The position numbers were made by a program, and so were the translations under genes. A DNA stretch of 62,199 nt, the filler included, from Globobulimina sp. (taxonomy: Eukaryota), in NCBI GenBank assembly GCA_003354225.1. It is 27 parts of 27 records of this genome, joined end to end, with 100 filler letters (N's around TTAATTAATTAA, not from the genome) between each part and the next. Parts side by side here need not be neighbours in the genome. Positions count along the whole stretch, not along the records: positions 34,626 to 36,832 come from PIVH01008194.1; positions 36,933 to 39,139 come from PIVH01008195.1; positions 39,240 to 41,445 come from PIVH01008196.1; positions 41,546 to 43,751 come from PIVH01008197.1; positions 43,852 to 46,057 come from PIVH01008198.1; 22 more parts are not named here. One strand, 5' to 3'. The notes beneath the pieces were generated by a model, which ran no database searches, was not told where the DNA came from, and saw only the letters and a program-made list of their open reading frames with translations. How positions within the stretch are numbered: the first letter of the stretch is position 1; each line of letters begins with the position of its first letter. Positions 34,723 through 46,157 of this stretch are shown here, one piece after another.

Positions 34723-35460
34723 ATGGATGAGGATGAAAAGAAAGGAGATAATATTATGGAGAAAGAATTTGCAGTTCAAAATAAATCAGAATCGATATCT
34801 AATGTATCTGTTGGTGGTTTACTTAAAAATAATGAATATATCATTGCTGTGAAAGGCAACAATAAATATGGATGGGGTTCATGGTCTGAAGCTGTTGCAT
34901 TTAGGACTAAAAACATGCCTCTTTTGAGATGGAGTGAAGAATGGAACCACGGAGATGGTGTTTCATTTTTAAATGAGCATAAAACCAAAGTGAAAATATA
35001 TCCAAAGACCAGAACTCAATCAAGTTGTTGTACAGATTTTGTTATTGATAAAGCAAAATGTAATGTGTTTAAATGGAAAATTATTGTTCCTAAAATGGAT
35101 AATAAAGCAGATATTGGATTTGTTGATTATAAAAATATACAAAGTTTTAAGAATAATGGTCCACCAAACAAATATCCCACTTATTGCGTGTATGCTAATT
35201 GTTCATATGTTTCAAAATTAACAATTTATTTTAATGATTCTGAAATAAATAAAATCAATGTGAATACTCAAGTAACAAATGGATGTAAAATGGTATTGGA
35301 GTTTGAAGCAAATATGAAAACGAAAGATTGTAAAGTTTGGTTTCATGGGCAAGATTTGGGTGTTGTCTTTTCAAATATACCAGATACAATTGTTCCAGCT
35401 GTTGACTCATATAAAAATAACAACAATGATTATGAAATCATATTAATACATTGCAATTAA
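34723..35460 (+). CDS. FN3 plus SPRY/B30.2-like protein, last exon
   Basis: GLLKNNEY...VKGNNKYGWGSWS (FN3 end); FKWKI...DIGFV...LGVVFSNIPDTIVPAV (SPRY-like). Confidence 0.7.
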   Translation: MDEDEKKGDNIMEKEFAVQNKSESISNVSVGGLLKNNEYIIAVKGNNKYGWGSWSEAVAFRTKNMPLLRWSEEWNHGDGVSFLNEHKTKVKIYPKTRTQSSCCTDFVIDKAKCNVFKWKIIVPKMDNKADIGFVDYKNIQSFKNNGPPNKYPTYCVYANCSYVSKLTIYFNDSEINKINVNTQVTNGCKMVLEFEANMKTKDCKVWFHGQDLGVVFSNIPDTIVPAVDSYKNNNNDYEIILIHCN

Positions 35461-35538
35461 TTTTAATATTTTACAAGTGTTATGTGATCGTTACGTTTTG
35501 CAAAAACACTGCTTCAAAAACGTTTTGAAACTAGAAAC

Positions 35539-36684
35539 ATGTACAAATTAATATGCATACTGACAATCATAAGTTTCCAAGTGCTCCAAATATATTCATT
35601 TTACCAATGTCCAGACACATATCAATCAGCATGCACGCCATTATCATGCAGCACAAATGGTGCGAATAAAAGAGCAGGATATGTATGTGATGAATTTCCA
35701 TGGTATGCCGGGAGATGGGGGAGTTGGAGACAAGAACATGAAGAATATTAATGCATCAATGAAACAAGACAGTACTGTCATTCGTGGGCAACTACAGAAT
35801 CTATCAACTCCGTTCAATTTGATTCAGAGGTTAAAAAAGAAGAAATTGGTCGTTGTATCTGTTTGGATGCATACACTGAAATCGTCAATATAACATTTGA
35901 AGAAACCTTTTGCGAACATTGGTTCTGTTTATCTGCACAAACATTTACAAATTGTTACATTAACGGAGATTATGAAACGGAATGCTATGATACGACAAAT
36001 GATGAATTTAATGATTGTAAGTGTACCAAAGCAGCAATCAACGACTTGTTTTGTTTTGAATGGAATTGTTTGACTCTCGAAGACGGAGATAATATCGTTG
36101 AAAATGCCACATTTGTCTGCAGAGAGGACTATGATAATATAAATACTAACTATTGCGCAGAATGGTGGGGCGATATTGAGTCAAATTGGGAGTTTGAACT
36201 ATTAGAATGTGAATGTAAGCAGGCAAGTTTGAATGGGAATTATTGTCAGGAATGGGAGTGTACAGAGAAAGAAATGCAAAAACAATATAGTGTGCTGTCG
36301 GGGACTAATATTGGTTTATTACATGCGATATTATGGCCTGTTATATTTGCATATTTATGTGGCATATCTGCTGTGGTGGCTATTGTAGGAACATGCGCTC
36401 ATTGTTCAGGTGAGGCAGATTTGGAATATTCATGCTGTGCTTTTGGATGTGGCGCTTTTGTGACAGGTTCGGTGTTTGTTGGAGTAACTGTTATTTGTCG
36501 AGGTGTTGGATTTTTTATTATTCATGTTATGGTTTTATTAGGTGTTCCTACGGTGTTTGTAATGGGCGATTGTTGTGTTAATGGGTCGCGATGGTCAATA
36601 TTAGGTCAAATGAGACATGATTTGAAGGAACAAAAAGGGAAAAAAAGGAAAGAGAAAGAAAGAGAAACGAATGATGCTCTATGA
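35539..36684 (+). pseudogene. Secreted/membrane Cys-Trp repeat protein interrupted by one in-frame TAA
   Basis: Signal peptide; the two listed ORFs share one frame; C.C......(Y/F)C..W.C repeats continue across the TAA at 35749-35751; 3 C-terminal TMs. Confidence 0.65.
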
Positions 36685-37011
36685 AAATACAACTTGCGTT
36701 TTCTGTGTGGTTTGATTTTTTTGTGATGATATATTTATTATTATATTGAAATAGTGCGACACCACAATGCAACTATAAACTAGTTCAGTAGTGGTGGTGT
36801 TGCGTCTACACGTATTGGTTTTGTGTCAACTGNNNNNNNNNNNNNNNNNNNNNNNNNNNNNNNNNNNNNNNNNNNNTTAATTAATTAANNNNNNNNNNNN
36901 NNNNNNNNNNNNNNNNNNNNNNNNNNNNNNNNAAATGAAATGAAACGAAACTAAGCCAAAAAAGTTAATTCTAAAGTATTTAATAGTTGTTATTTAACTT
37001 ATTAATAGTGG

Positions 37012-39037
37012 TTATAATTCTTTTTTATTTAAATTTGTAGCAAATTCATCAATAAAATCAACAAAATCATCAACTCCACTCTGATATTGTTGGTGTTGAT
37101 ACATTGAAAACAATTTACCTTTCTCAATTTTATTAGTTCCAGCTGGATAAAGTACCATTGTTGGAAATGTAATTATTCGTTTTTCTGCAACATCATTTTT
37201 ATAATAATCTAAAAATGTAATTTTTATTTTTATTCCTTTATCAACATAATGTGCTTGTACATGTTTTGCTAAATTATTATATTCATTCATATATAGTTTA
37301 CACTCAACATTTGATTCACTGCAATAAAAAACCAATACATCATACAATGGATCCAACACAATGTCCCCAAAACTATTTGCTGTCACAAACTCATAATAAA
37401 TATCTTCTTTTTGCTTTAAAATATATATTTAATGCATTTAATGTGTCAACATATACTTAAATATATTTGCAACTATCACAATCTATACGTATAATAGTTA
37501 GATATTATGATAAGAAAATACCAAATATAGTTGCAAATATATTGTGACAAACAAATAATAGATCGCTAATTGGACATTGTTGTGTATGCCATTCTTAATC
37601 AATATCCAATTGCTTTTCTTAAGAATAGCAAATCCAACAATGTCGCTATAAAACATATGCTTACACTGATGGACGAAGCAGAATGTATCCATGCTTTTGC
37701 AGTCTTATCCACCAACACATTTTCCACAAATGTTTTCAAATTTGCATCATTTATCTCGCCATTCCATTGATATCTAAACTCCTTTAATGTTTTTGCAACC
37801 TGCTCAAATTTCGAGGGATATATTCGCCGATAATGTTCCCTAAAAGCATGCGGCAAATATTCTTCATCCGGTCTGCCCAAAGCATTATAACCATGGGGCA
37901 ATTTGGGCATATTTTCAATTGATTTATGTATCAGCAACGCATTAACTTCTTCACTGAATCCAATACGATCATTAATGTAATCAGATGCGGTTAATACAGT
38001 GATAAATCCATAGACATCTCTCAATTCCATCACTGTTGAAATTATCTCCTTTCTGTCAATTGGTTCTCGCATTAATATTATTCCGTTTTGTGGTATTTCA
38101 AATGATACAAAAAGAATAGAATACGGATCCTCTGACGGTTGTTGTTGTTCTAGAAAAAATGGCAGACGTTGTTGTTGAATCCATGAACCAATCCAATTAA
38201 TATTTTTTTTCTTTTTTGGTGCTGATAATTTTCCAGTAAAAGTTATCTCGAATTTACCATCTAATGTCTCATCAGAAAATGTCTCGCGATTATTTCGGCG
38301 CATTACCACATGATATTTATCATCCGCAACCAAGTAAATTTTATAAAAAGATATATCTGCGGCAGATTTTGATTGCACAGCGAAACTATTAAACAATCGT
38401 TCTGTGGAATTAATCAGTTTACGAAAACAGAAAAAAACAATTTTAATCTATGTAAAATATTAATGATGTGGCAAATATATAAAATACCTCTTTTCGATCC
38501 TTTTTTAACAAATGCAATGATTTGAACCTCATTTTCCGGCGTTTCTTGTATGTCAATTACATCGTTTTTAGTATCTTCAAATTGTTGATAAGTCATTAAT
38601 GTATAATCAGGTTTAGGTCTTTTAATATTTAAAAGTTGCACTTCAAACACTAATGTAGCACCGCCTGGGATCTGTGCGCCAGAACCTTGAGCACCGTAAC
38701 CTAAATCCGATGGTATGGTTAAGGTTCTTTCCTCACCAATACACATATCTAATAAGCCTTCATCCCAACCACGGATAACTCGGCCAACACCAATCTCAAA
38801 GTCAAAGGGTTGATTACGATCAACGGATGAATCGAATTTAGAGCCATCTTTATATAATGTACCTGTATAATGCATTGAAAGTGTATCACCATTTTGTGAT
38901 TTTATTTTACATTCATCCTCTGGGATTGCTTGGGTTACATCGATGATTAGGTCTGAATCCGGTGGCAAATCATCTTTATCTTCAGCTTGTGATACGGTAA
39001 GCAATAATACGGAAGTAATCAACCATAGTGTTGACAT
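37012..39037 (-). CDS. ER FKBP-type PPIase fused to PDI/thioredoxin-like domains, ends KKEL (introns 38402-38487, 37414-37664)
   Basis: Signal peptide; MHYTGTL..GSKFDSS.DR..PF.F.IG.GRVIRGWDEGL; VTANSFGDIVLDP..DVLVFY, ITFPTMVLYPAG; C-terminal KKEL. Confidence 0.85.
37444..37644. repeat. Two intronic inverted-repeat hairpins
   Basis: AATATATTTGCAACTAT (37460-37476) pairs with 37527-37543; GACATTGTTG + TGCCATTCTTAA (37573-37598) pair with 37619-37644. Confidence 0.85.
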
Positions 39038-39239
39038 GACGAATTGACGATGACTCAGTTAGTTTTCTAGTAACTTAATTTAGTTTACATTTAGTTTTTC
39101 AACTAACTTTCTTTGTATGCACTGAATTTCAACCACATTNNNNNNNNNNNNNNNNNNNNNNNNNNNNNNNNNNNNNNNNNNNNTTAATTAATTAANNNNN
39201 NNNNNNNNNNNNNNNNNNNNNNNNNNNNNNNNNNNNNNN

Positions 39240-40326
39240 GATCCGAATGGTTTACAGCGAATCTTATTTTCATCCAAAAGAAGCTAAAATTGAAAATTGC
39301 ATAATTAATAAGACCATGAATGATGTTGTAAATAAAACAAAAAAGAAGAATCAAGCAACAACGTCGTGTGTGATATATCCGTTTGGTTGCACTTTAGGGA
39401 TAATTTCGGAAAATGTAATTCCTTTAATATCGTCGCAAGAGTTTTGTTTTCCGAAACAACAAACGTTGTGCGCTCTGTATGAAAAAAATAAAGGAAGTGT
39501 TATTGTTTATGGATCAGTTAAATCCTTAAATGATTTTTATATAAATAAAGAAGATAACTTATGTATATTGCTATCATTGATAAGTTATTTAACCTCAAAT
39601 GACAAAACAAATACAAATTATTCATGGCTACAAAATGAAAGAAATAAAGGCAAAATAAATAATTTCTTCGACATTGACAATGATGAATATGACGATGATT
39701 ATAAACAATGCATCAATTTAAACGATAATAATAAACAAATATATAACGACAAACACATTGAATTGCCAAATATTTCAGTCATAGCTGATAATGTCCAATC
39801 TTGTTTGGAGGAGCCAGCAGAATTAAAAGATTTTGATCAGTTATTTAATTTGAAACAATTTTCATTTTCAAATCATTTATACAAAGATATTATGGATGAT
39901 TTATACAAAAAATTAAATGTAGAAATTTCAACAAATGATGAGAATCAAAATCATTTAACATTAATTAAGCCACAGTTTGAAGTGCCATTACCTCCATTGC
40001 AACCCGCTGTTTTTTTGCCCACTTTTTTACAACCAATCCCCCCAAATTTGGAATTATTTGATATTGATAACCAATTACAATCCACGCAAATGAGATTAAT
40101 TACTTTTTTTAATAAAATTTATAAAAATAATAATAAAGCTTCCACAGATAATAAAGATTTGGAGATATATATTCAAGGAAGTGCTGAAATTCTTGGAATT
40201 GTCGATAAAGTGAATAGTAATGATTCTGATGGATCGGAAAAAAATCACACATTGACTCAAACCCAAAAATGTATGAAAATATTACATATTGTTGGAAGTG
40301 AATTGCTTAAAGCTAAAACTATGTAG
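39240..40326 (+). CDS. IFT52: Intraflagellar transport protein 52 (5' partial)
   Basis: YPFGCTL, YINKEDN, LTLIKPQFEVPLPPLQPAVF.P....PPNLELFDID. Confidence 0.92.
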
Positions 40327-40507
40327 CATTCAACTGAGTATTTAAAATATGACTTAAAAGAAATGATGTTTCAAAGAAGTAAGTTGCATACAATTTAAAA
40401 TATATAAATGCTAAATGATAAGTAAAACGGCAATAAAATTGATTATTCTGACTGGTTTATTTTTGAATAATCTAAGCTTGGTGTCTATTATTTCGTAAGT
40501 TTAAACA

Positions 40508-41445
40508 ATGCACGCTGGCTCTAAGAGAACCAATGGATCATCACATAAAGGGCCACCATCAAAGAAAAGGAAAATTAATGATGATAACCCAGAAGAGGAT
40601 GAATTTGAAAAATTTATGAAACAAATCAATGAAACGGCATCTAAACAGAAAAAGAAAGCATTAAAAAAACAAAAACAAATCGAATCAAAATCAGTGCAAG
40701 AATCTATTCAAATAAATTCAAAAAAACAGCAAAGAATTGATTTTGATGCAGAAACGCCAATGGATGCTTTTATTGAACAAATGCAATCCTCAGACACTAT
40801 GTTCTTACCAACGAGGTACAGTATATCTATCGCATTGATTTCTGTATTTACATCCTTGCACCACTTAAACCATTACAATAAAAACACCAGAAAAGGCACA
40901 GACGGCTATAACTCCGACGAAGAGGTTTATAACATTGCCAAATATGTCAATAAACTAAACAGAGACAAACAAGAACTAAAAAACCAAAAGAAACACAAAA
41001 AAGGCCAACACAAAGAAAGTGAATTAAAATACGATGATTATGGCAATATTATAACACCGGATAAGGACCGCATTATCGCAGACTTGCCACCATTGGACCA
41101 TTCGAAAATATATTACCAAAAATTCACGAAAAACTTCTATGTCCAACACGCGGACATTGCGAATATGAGTCCCTTGCAGGTGAACCAAGTCCCCGATAAA
41201 TACAACATCCATATCACCAAAAACAGCCACCATAACAACGTGATGGCCGCAGTGGAATCATTTGCATATTTTGGCTTCGACGACAAATTAATGGATGTGA
41301 TCATCTCTCAAAGCTTCAGCAAACCGACTCCCATTCAAATGCAGGCGGTGCCTCTGTTATTGTCGGGTTTCGACGTCATGGGACTCGCACAAACTGGCAG
41401 CGGCAAAACCGGCGCATTTATATGGCCCATGATATCGCACATTAT
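40508..41445 (+). CDS. DDX42: DEAD-box RNA helicase DDX42-like (probable in-frame intron 40816-40890; 3' partial)
   Basis: GYNSDEEVY, LPPLDHSKIYY..F.KNFY..H, Q-motif PTPIQ, AQTGSGKT.AF+WPM+.HI. Confidence 0.85.
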
Positions 41446-41545
41446 NNNNNNNNNNNNNNNNNNNNNNNNNNNNNNNNNNNNNNNNNNNNTTAATTAATTA
41501 ANNNNNNNNNNNNNNNNNNNNNNNNNNNNNNNNNNNNNNNNNNNN

Positions 41546-42765
41546 TCCATCATATGTTTCTTTTGCAGTGTAATGGATACTTTTCTCTATTCCTGCAGTC
41601 ATATATGATATTATCTCACCGCGTAATGCATTGGACACATTCTGTGGTTTCTTTGCATGCGTTGTATTGCCTGAACTGTTGCTATAATCATCCTCTTGGT
41701 GGCCACTGCTGTTATTGCTATTGTCGTCGTTCTCGGTGTGATGCTCCGATATCAAACTGCTGCGATTGTCCTCTTTAAGCGTCACATGTATGGTTTTTGA
41801 GACTTTTTGCGGTTTTTGCTTGGTTAATTTGTGCAACAAAAACCATGCTAAGGCATCGAATCCACAATTTAAAAATATTAATATGGATAATAATATACGT
41901 GGTTTTTGCGGATAGTTTGTTTGATCACAGTCTGGATTTGGATCCAAACATAGAAATGTGGCTTTTTTATCACACTCAATTTCTGATTTGCCGTAGATGA
42001 CAGTGCCCATAGTGATGATGGTTATGATTGCAATGGACAATAAACAGGTAACTAAAATTAATTGCCCTTTAATGATTTGTCTGTGTGAAAAAAGTGTTTT
42101 TCATACTTAGTTATACGCAAATTCGCATAAAAACATATGTAGAAATATATGCAGAACTGTCTGAGTTCAAATGTTTTTTCTAAACCATTTGATAAGCGCT
42201 TAAAAGCGTATATCGTTACAATGACACCCGATCCATTTGTAATTAGCATTGGAATATAGAATAAAATTAAATTATAATAACTAAAGTGTTCACCAGTGTT
42301 GCAACTAAAGCAGATGCCGTAGGATTCTCGATATCGGAATACATTGAATCGCGATACACTGCCAATGAGCATACACGAAAATAACCAGAGAAATATATGC
42401 AATTTTAGTGAGTCTGCGGCTGGTTTCCTGAACGGGTTCGATAATGTTCTATATAAATCCCAACATATGGCAGTAAAATAATTCTGCGATGCTATGAATG
42501 AAATTACAAATATGGGGCCATATATTTGACATGGTTTGGTGTCTGTATTATCAATGCATTCATCGTGAATATCTACAAAAATGAGCATTAAAAAAAATGC
42601 GAATGAAAATATTAAATCACAGGCTGTTTTACTAAGCATTAATCCCGCTGGTGGCTTTCGATACGATTTATTCCGTACGTATGATACCATTACATAGACA
42701 CATAACATTATTGTTAAAAAGAATAATGCTACATATAATGCTGTAAGTCTTAATAGTTTAATCAT
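41546..42765 (-). CDS. 7TM receptor portion of a probable GPCR-PIPK (intron 42081-42157; 3' partial)
   Basis: Seven TM segments of cAMP-receptor-like type followed by LRGEIISYMTAGI, an LR(x9)GI linker motif. Confidence 0.7.
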
Positions 42766-42998
42766 TATTGATTTAGTGTAGTTTAATCTTTACAAAAAAT
42801 CAACTTAACGTTTTTTAGTTTGAAAAAAAAACATTCAACATTATGACACGTTTATCATTGAGGTCTTGTTTTATTCTCATAATGCATAGTTAGTGTTAAT
42901 TATTCATATATTGTTAAAACAGTCAAATTCAAAGGTTAAAACATGATAAATCATTGAGGATACATGATGTCATTAAACCATTACCAGATTATACAACG

Positions 42999-43295
42999 AT
43001 GTCTGAACGAATTAAATTGTTTATTTGTGGTATAATTATGTTGGTTATCACCATAATGTTCGCGACATTAACTTTATTTTCTATACTTTCAAAAGTATTT
43101 CAATTTAATGTTACTCGTAATACAATTGCATCAATACCTTACATTAATGATGATTTACAAGATAAAATAAATTGGTTTATCGATTTTCTTAAACAAGATT
43201 GGCATTATTGCCTATTAATACCAATACTCATTCCCTGGTCAGTTGTTCTAGGTTGGCTGGGCTGGCTCGGATTTAAACTCTACCGACATAACTGA
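42999..43295 (+). CDS. PIGY: GPI-GlcNAc transferase subunit PIG-Y
   Basis: DWHYCLLIPILIP......W..W.GFKLYRHN C-terminus. Confidence 0.85.
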   Translation: MSERIKLFICGIIMLVITIMFATLTLFSILSKVFQFNVTRNTIASIPYINDDLQDKINWFIDFLKQDWHYCLLIPILIPWSVVLGWLGWLGFKLYRHN

Positions 43296-43434
43296 ATTAA
43301 ACTGGTGTTTATTTTCATAATTTAAAAATTATGCATTATATATAATCACATAACAAAAAAGGAATGAAAAAACAGACACACAAAAGAAATTGGATAATTT
43401 ATAAAAATATAAAGATAAAAATGATTTCTATCCA

Positions 43435-43598
43435 TTACAATTTAGAATGTTTCTTTTTATGAAAAGGAACTGTATTTAAATTTTGATTATCTTCAATTTT
43501 AAGATCAGATATAAACATATGTCCCGGTGAATGTGTTATAACTCTGTCGACAATGCCCATTTTTAAAGCATTCTTAACTGCAACTTGCGTAGTAATGC
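43435..43598 (-). CDS. Last exon of D-glutamate cyclase/DUF1445 family protein, ends SKL
   Basis: GITTQVAV...ITHSPGHMFISDL; preceded by a catag acceptor. Confidence 0.75.
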
Positions 43599-44231
43599 CT
43601 ATGTGGTTCAATATGTGAACAAAATCGATGTCATTTTCAATAATTTGGCAATAATGAAAAAAAAAAGTTAAAAACGCGTTTTTAGTTTTTTTTTCATTAT
43701 TACTTGGTTCAACTGTTTGTTGTGTGATAACATCGATTTTGAACATTACCGNNNNNNNNNNNNNNNNNNNNNNNNNNNNNNNNNNNNNNNNNNNNTTAAT
43801 TAATTAANNNNNNNNNNNNNNNNNNNNNNNNNNNNNNNNNNNNNNNNNNNNCTGTAAACTCTTTGAATTTACAGTTTTTTACAGATTATTCAAAATAAAA
43901 ACATTGAAAGTCAAAATTGAATTCTTAAAGGTTGTGTTTCATCGGGAACCATTAACATTTTATTATTAACGTATTTTCCTTCCTAGAAATCCGTGATTGA
44001 CATCAAAATATTAATAATGGCTTTCTGCAATATGCTAATATCAGACTCCAAATTAATACGCAACACTTTGTATTTCCATCAAATGAAATGTATTAAATAC
44101 AGTATGTATGTACATTTCAGAGTCAGTCAGTGTTTGCATAATTGACCATCCGATGACTACACTTTACACTTTACATTTTGTGTGTGTTTTGACAGTTTTT
44201 TGCATTAATTGAGTAAACTAGCAACGGAATC

Positions 44232-45320
44232 ATGCTTTCATTCGTTTTCTTAGCAACATTGGCAACACATGTATTAGCACAAGCAAGTGTGTCATATCCA
44301 AAAGATGAATGTGACTGGATTGGTGCCGATGGAATGCATGGCGCATATTTACCAATTGGTGTCTGTAAACATATATTTAATCCATATAATTTGAGCACAC
44401 CCGCAGACGATCATTATTATTCGCATATGTATGTGTGTGACGCAAATGGAATCGTCATCCAACGGGCCTGGCCACGTAGCAGTTTCTGCCAAGGTGATTA
44501 TAGCGAAATGGCAGTGCGTAGCTCCGGTGATGACTATTATTATTGTTCTGGTAATGGGCCATGTCCCTATGCAGTTGTACGTTTTTACCATCAACTTACA
44601 CCGGAAAGTAATCAATGTATCAAATCGACAGATGGCTGGTTCTCAGAGGCACCGATGACGACCTATCAATGTTTGAATATTACAAAAGATGGCGTGAATG
44701 AATGGTATATGCTCAAATGTACACAAAATGGAGCGTTAATTGGTTATGATTATACCGAAAATTGCCAAGAAGTATTAAATGAAACTATATTTAATGATGG
44801 CTGTAGTTATAAAGATTTATTTGTCGAAATGGAACATTGTGATTACTGGGATGAAGTCAGTCCTTTTTTGCGAAGTACCACAACAACCACAACCTCGTCA
44901 ACTACAACAACAACGACCACAACAACTACCACAAACGCACCGGTGGTACCTACAGATAGTACACAAAGTGTAGCTGTGGATTCTGAGTCTGATTCAGATG
45001 GATATCACCAACATAATCATAGAGGACATTCAGGTTCGCACAGTCATGATGGTGATAGGGATCATTATGACGGGGAAGCACAGCGAGTGGAAGGATGGAC
45101 TGACGGATTGGATTTGTGGCTATTGATTGGGATTTTGTGTGTTGTCGTTGTAGTTAGTTGTGCGGTGTTAGGCTGTTGCATGAATATAAGACGAAAACGG
45201 GAAATTGATGCCTTTGCCAAGATTGTGGAATATACAATGGATATTGAAGGAGGAGATGATGTGAATGAGAGAGATAATGCTGTGATTGTAGAGGGCGGAG
45301 AAACAGTTACATTCAAATAA
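44232..45320 (+). CDS. Type I membrane glycoprotein (Cys-rich ectodomain, Thr stalk, His-rich patch)
   Basis: Signal peptide, Cys repeats, poly-Thr, HQHNHRGHSGSHSH, one TM. Confidence 0.8.
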   Translation: MLSFVFLATLATHVLAQASVSYPKDECDWIGADGMHGAYLPIGVCKHIFNPYNLSTPADDHYYSHMYVCDANGIVIQRAWPRSSFCQGDYSEMAVRSSGDDYYYCSGNGPCPYAVVRFYHQLTPESNQCIKSTDGWFSEAPMTTYQCLNITKDGVNEWYMLKCTQNGALIGYDYTENCQEVLNETIFNDGCSYKDLFVEMEHCDYWDEVSPFLRSTTTTTTSSTTTTTTTTTTTNAPVVPTDSTQSVAVDSESDSDGYHQHNHRGHSGSHSHDGDRDHYDGEAQRVEGWTDGLDLWLLIGILCVVVVVSCAVLGCCMNIRRKREIDAFAKIVEYTMDIEGGDDVNERDNAVIVEGGETVTFK

Positions 45321-45622
45321 ATTAAATTAATTCTTTCCAATTATTTCACATTTTGTTTTGTTTGGGTTTTTTTGTGTTTTGTGATGAATGTTGCATTATT
45401 TTAGGATCCATATAAGTATTAGAGATATCATTATCCGCTGTCATTGCACTGTGGTACTGTTTGTACGCTAGCTTTGCACTAAAAAAAAGTCGTCAAACGA
45501 CTTATAGCATTGGCTAAATGGATTCAAGTCATTCAACGCGATGGAGCCAATTTGTTATTGTTTATTCACTTGGTCAACTTTATGGATCACGGACAAAAAT
45601 AATATTTACAAACAACACAAAA

Positions 45623-46057
45623 TTAAAACAAACCACACATACATTCAAAAAGTAATAAATCTCGCCTATATCCATCACTATCACTTGTTTGTTGTATTGA
45701 TATTTTTATTTTTGGATATTTAATATTTAATGATGATGAGATTGATGAATATACATAAAATAACCAACTTCGTCTATCTCCACCTTCTTCTTCATCCTCG
45801 TCCTTCCAAATCCCATATAATGAACACTTGATTTTATTTGTTTTTCTTGTTTCACTTAAAATATCCAATAAACCACATAATGAAAATTGATATGAATAAG
45901 ATCCGGCAAAATCTGTACATTGAATAACAATATGATTCAAATTTGGAAATAAATTTATCAAACTACTCTTCAAAAAATGCCTGCCACCAATAATCTCTTT
46001 ATATGACACATTATCTTTATCATAACCCACAGAATATGATGACTCCACAATCAAATC
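45623..46057 (-). CDS. C-terminal part of a hypothetical protein (5' partial)
   Basis: Open frame; LINLFPNL..I.I resembles the LMALFPLMEELNI segment of the 2310-3515 protein. Confidence 0.5.
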   Translation of the reverse strand, partial: DLIVESSYSVGYDKDNVSYKEIIGGRHFLKSSLINLFPNLNHIVIQCTDFAGSYSYQFSLCGLLDILSETRKTNKIKCSLYGIWKDEDEEEGGDRRSWLFYVYSSISSSLNIKYPKIKISIQQTSDSDGYRRDLLLFECMCGLF

Positions 46058-46157
46058 NNNNNNNNNNNNNNNNNNNNNNNNNNNNNNNNNNNNNNNNNNN
46101 NTTAATTAATTAANNNNNNNNNNNNNNNNNNNNNNNNNNNNNNNNNNNNNNNNNNNN

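Noticed and set aside
4732-35751. Possible ciliate-like TAA/TAG=Gln code suggested by in-frame TAG (4732) and TAA (35749)
   Set aside because: Only two cases; long conserved ORFs are open in the standard code, use CAA/CAG freely and end in TAA/TAG at expected positions.
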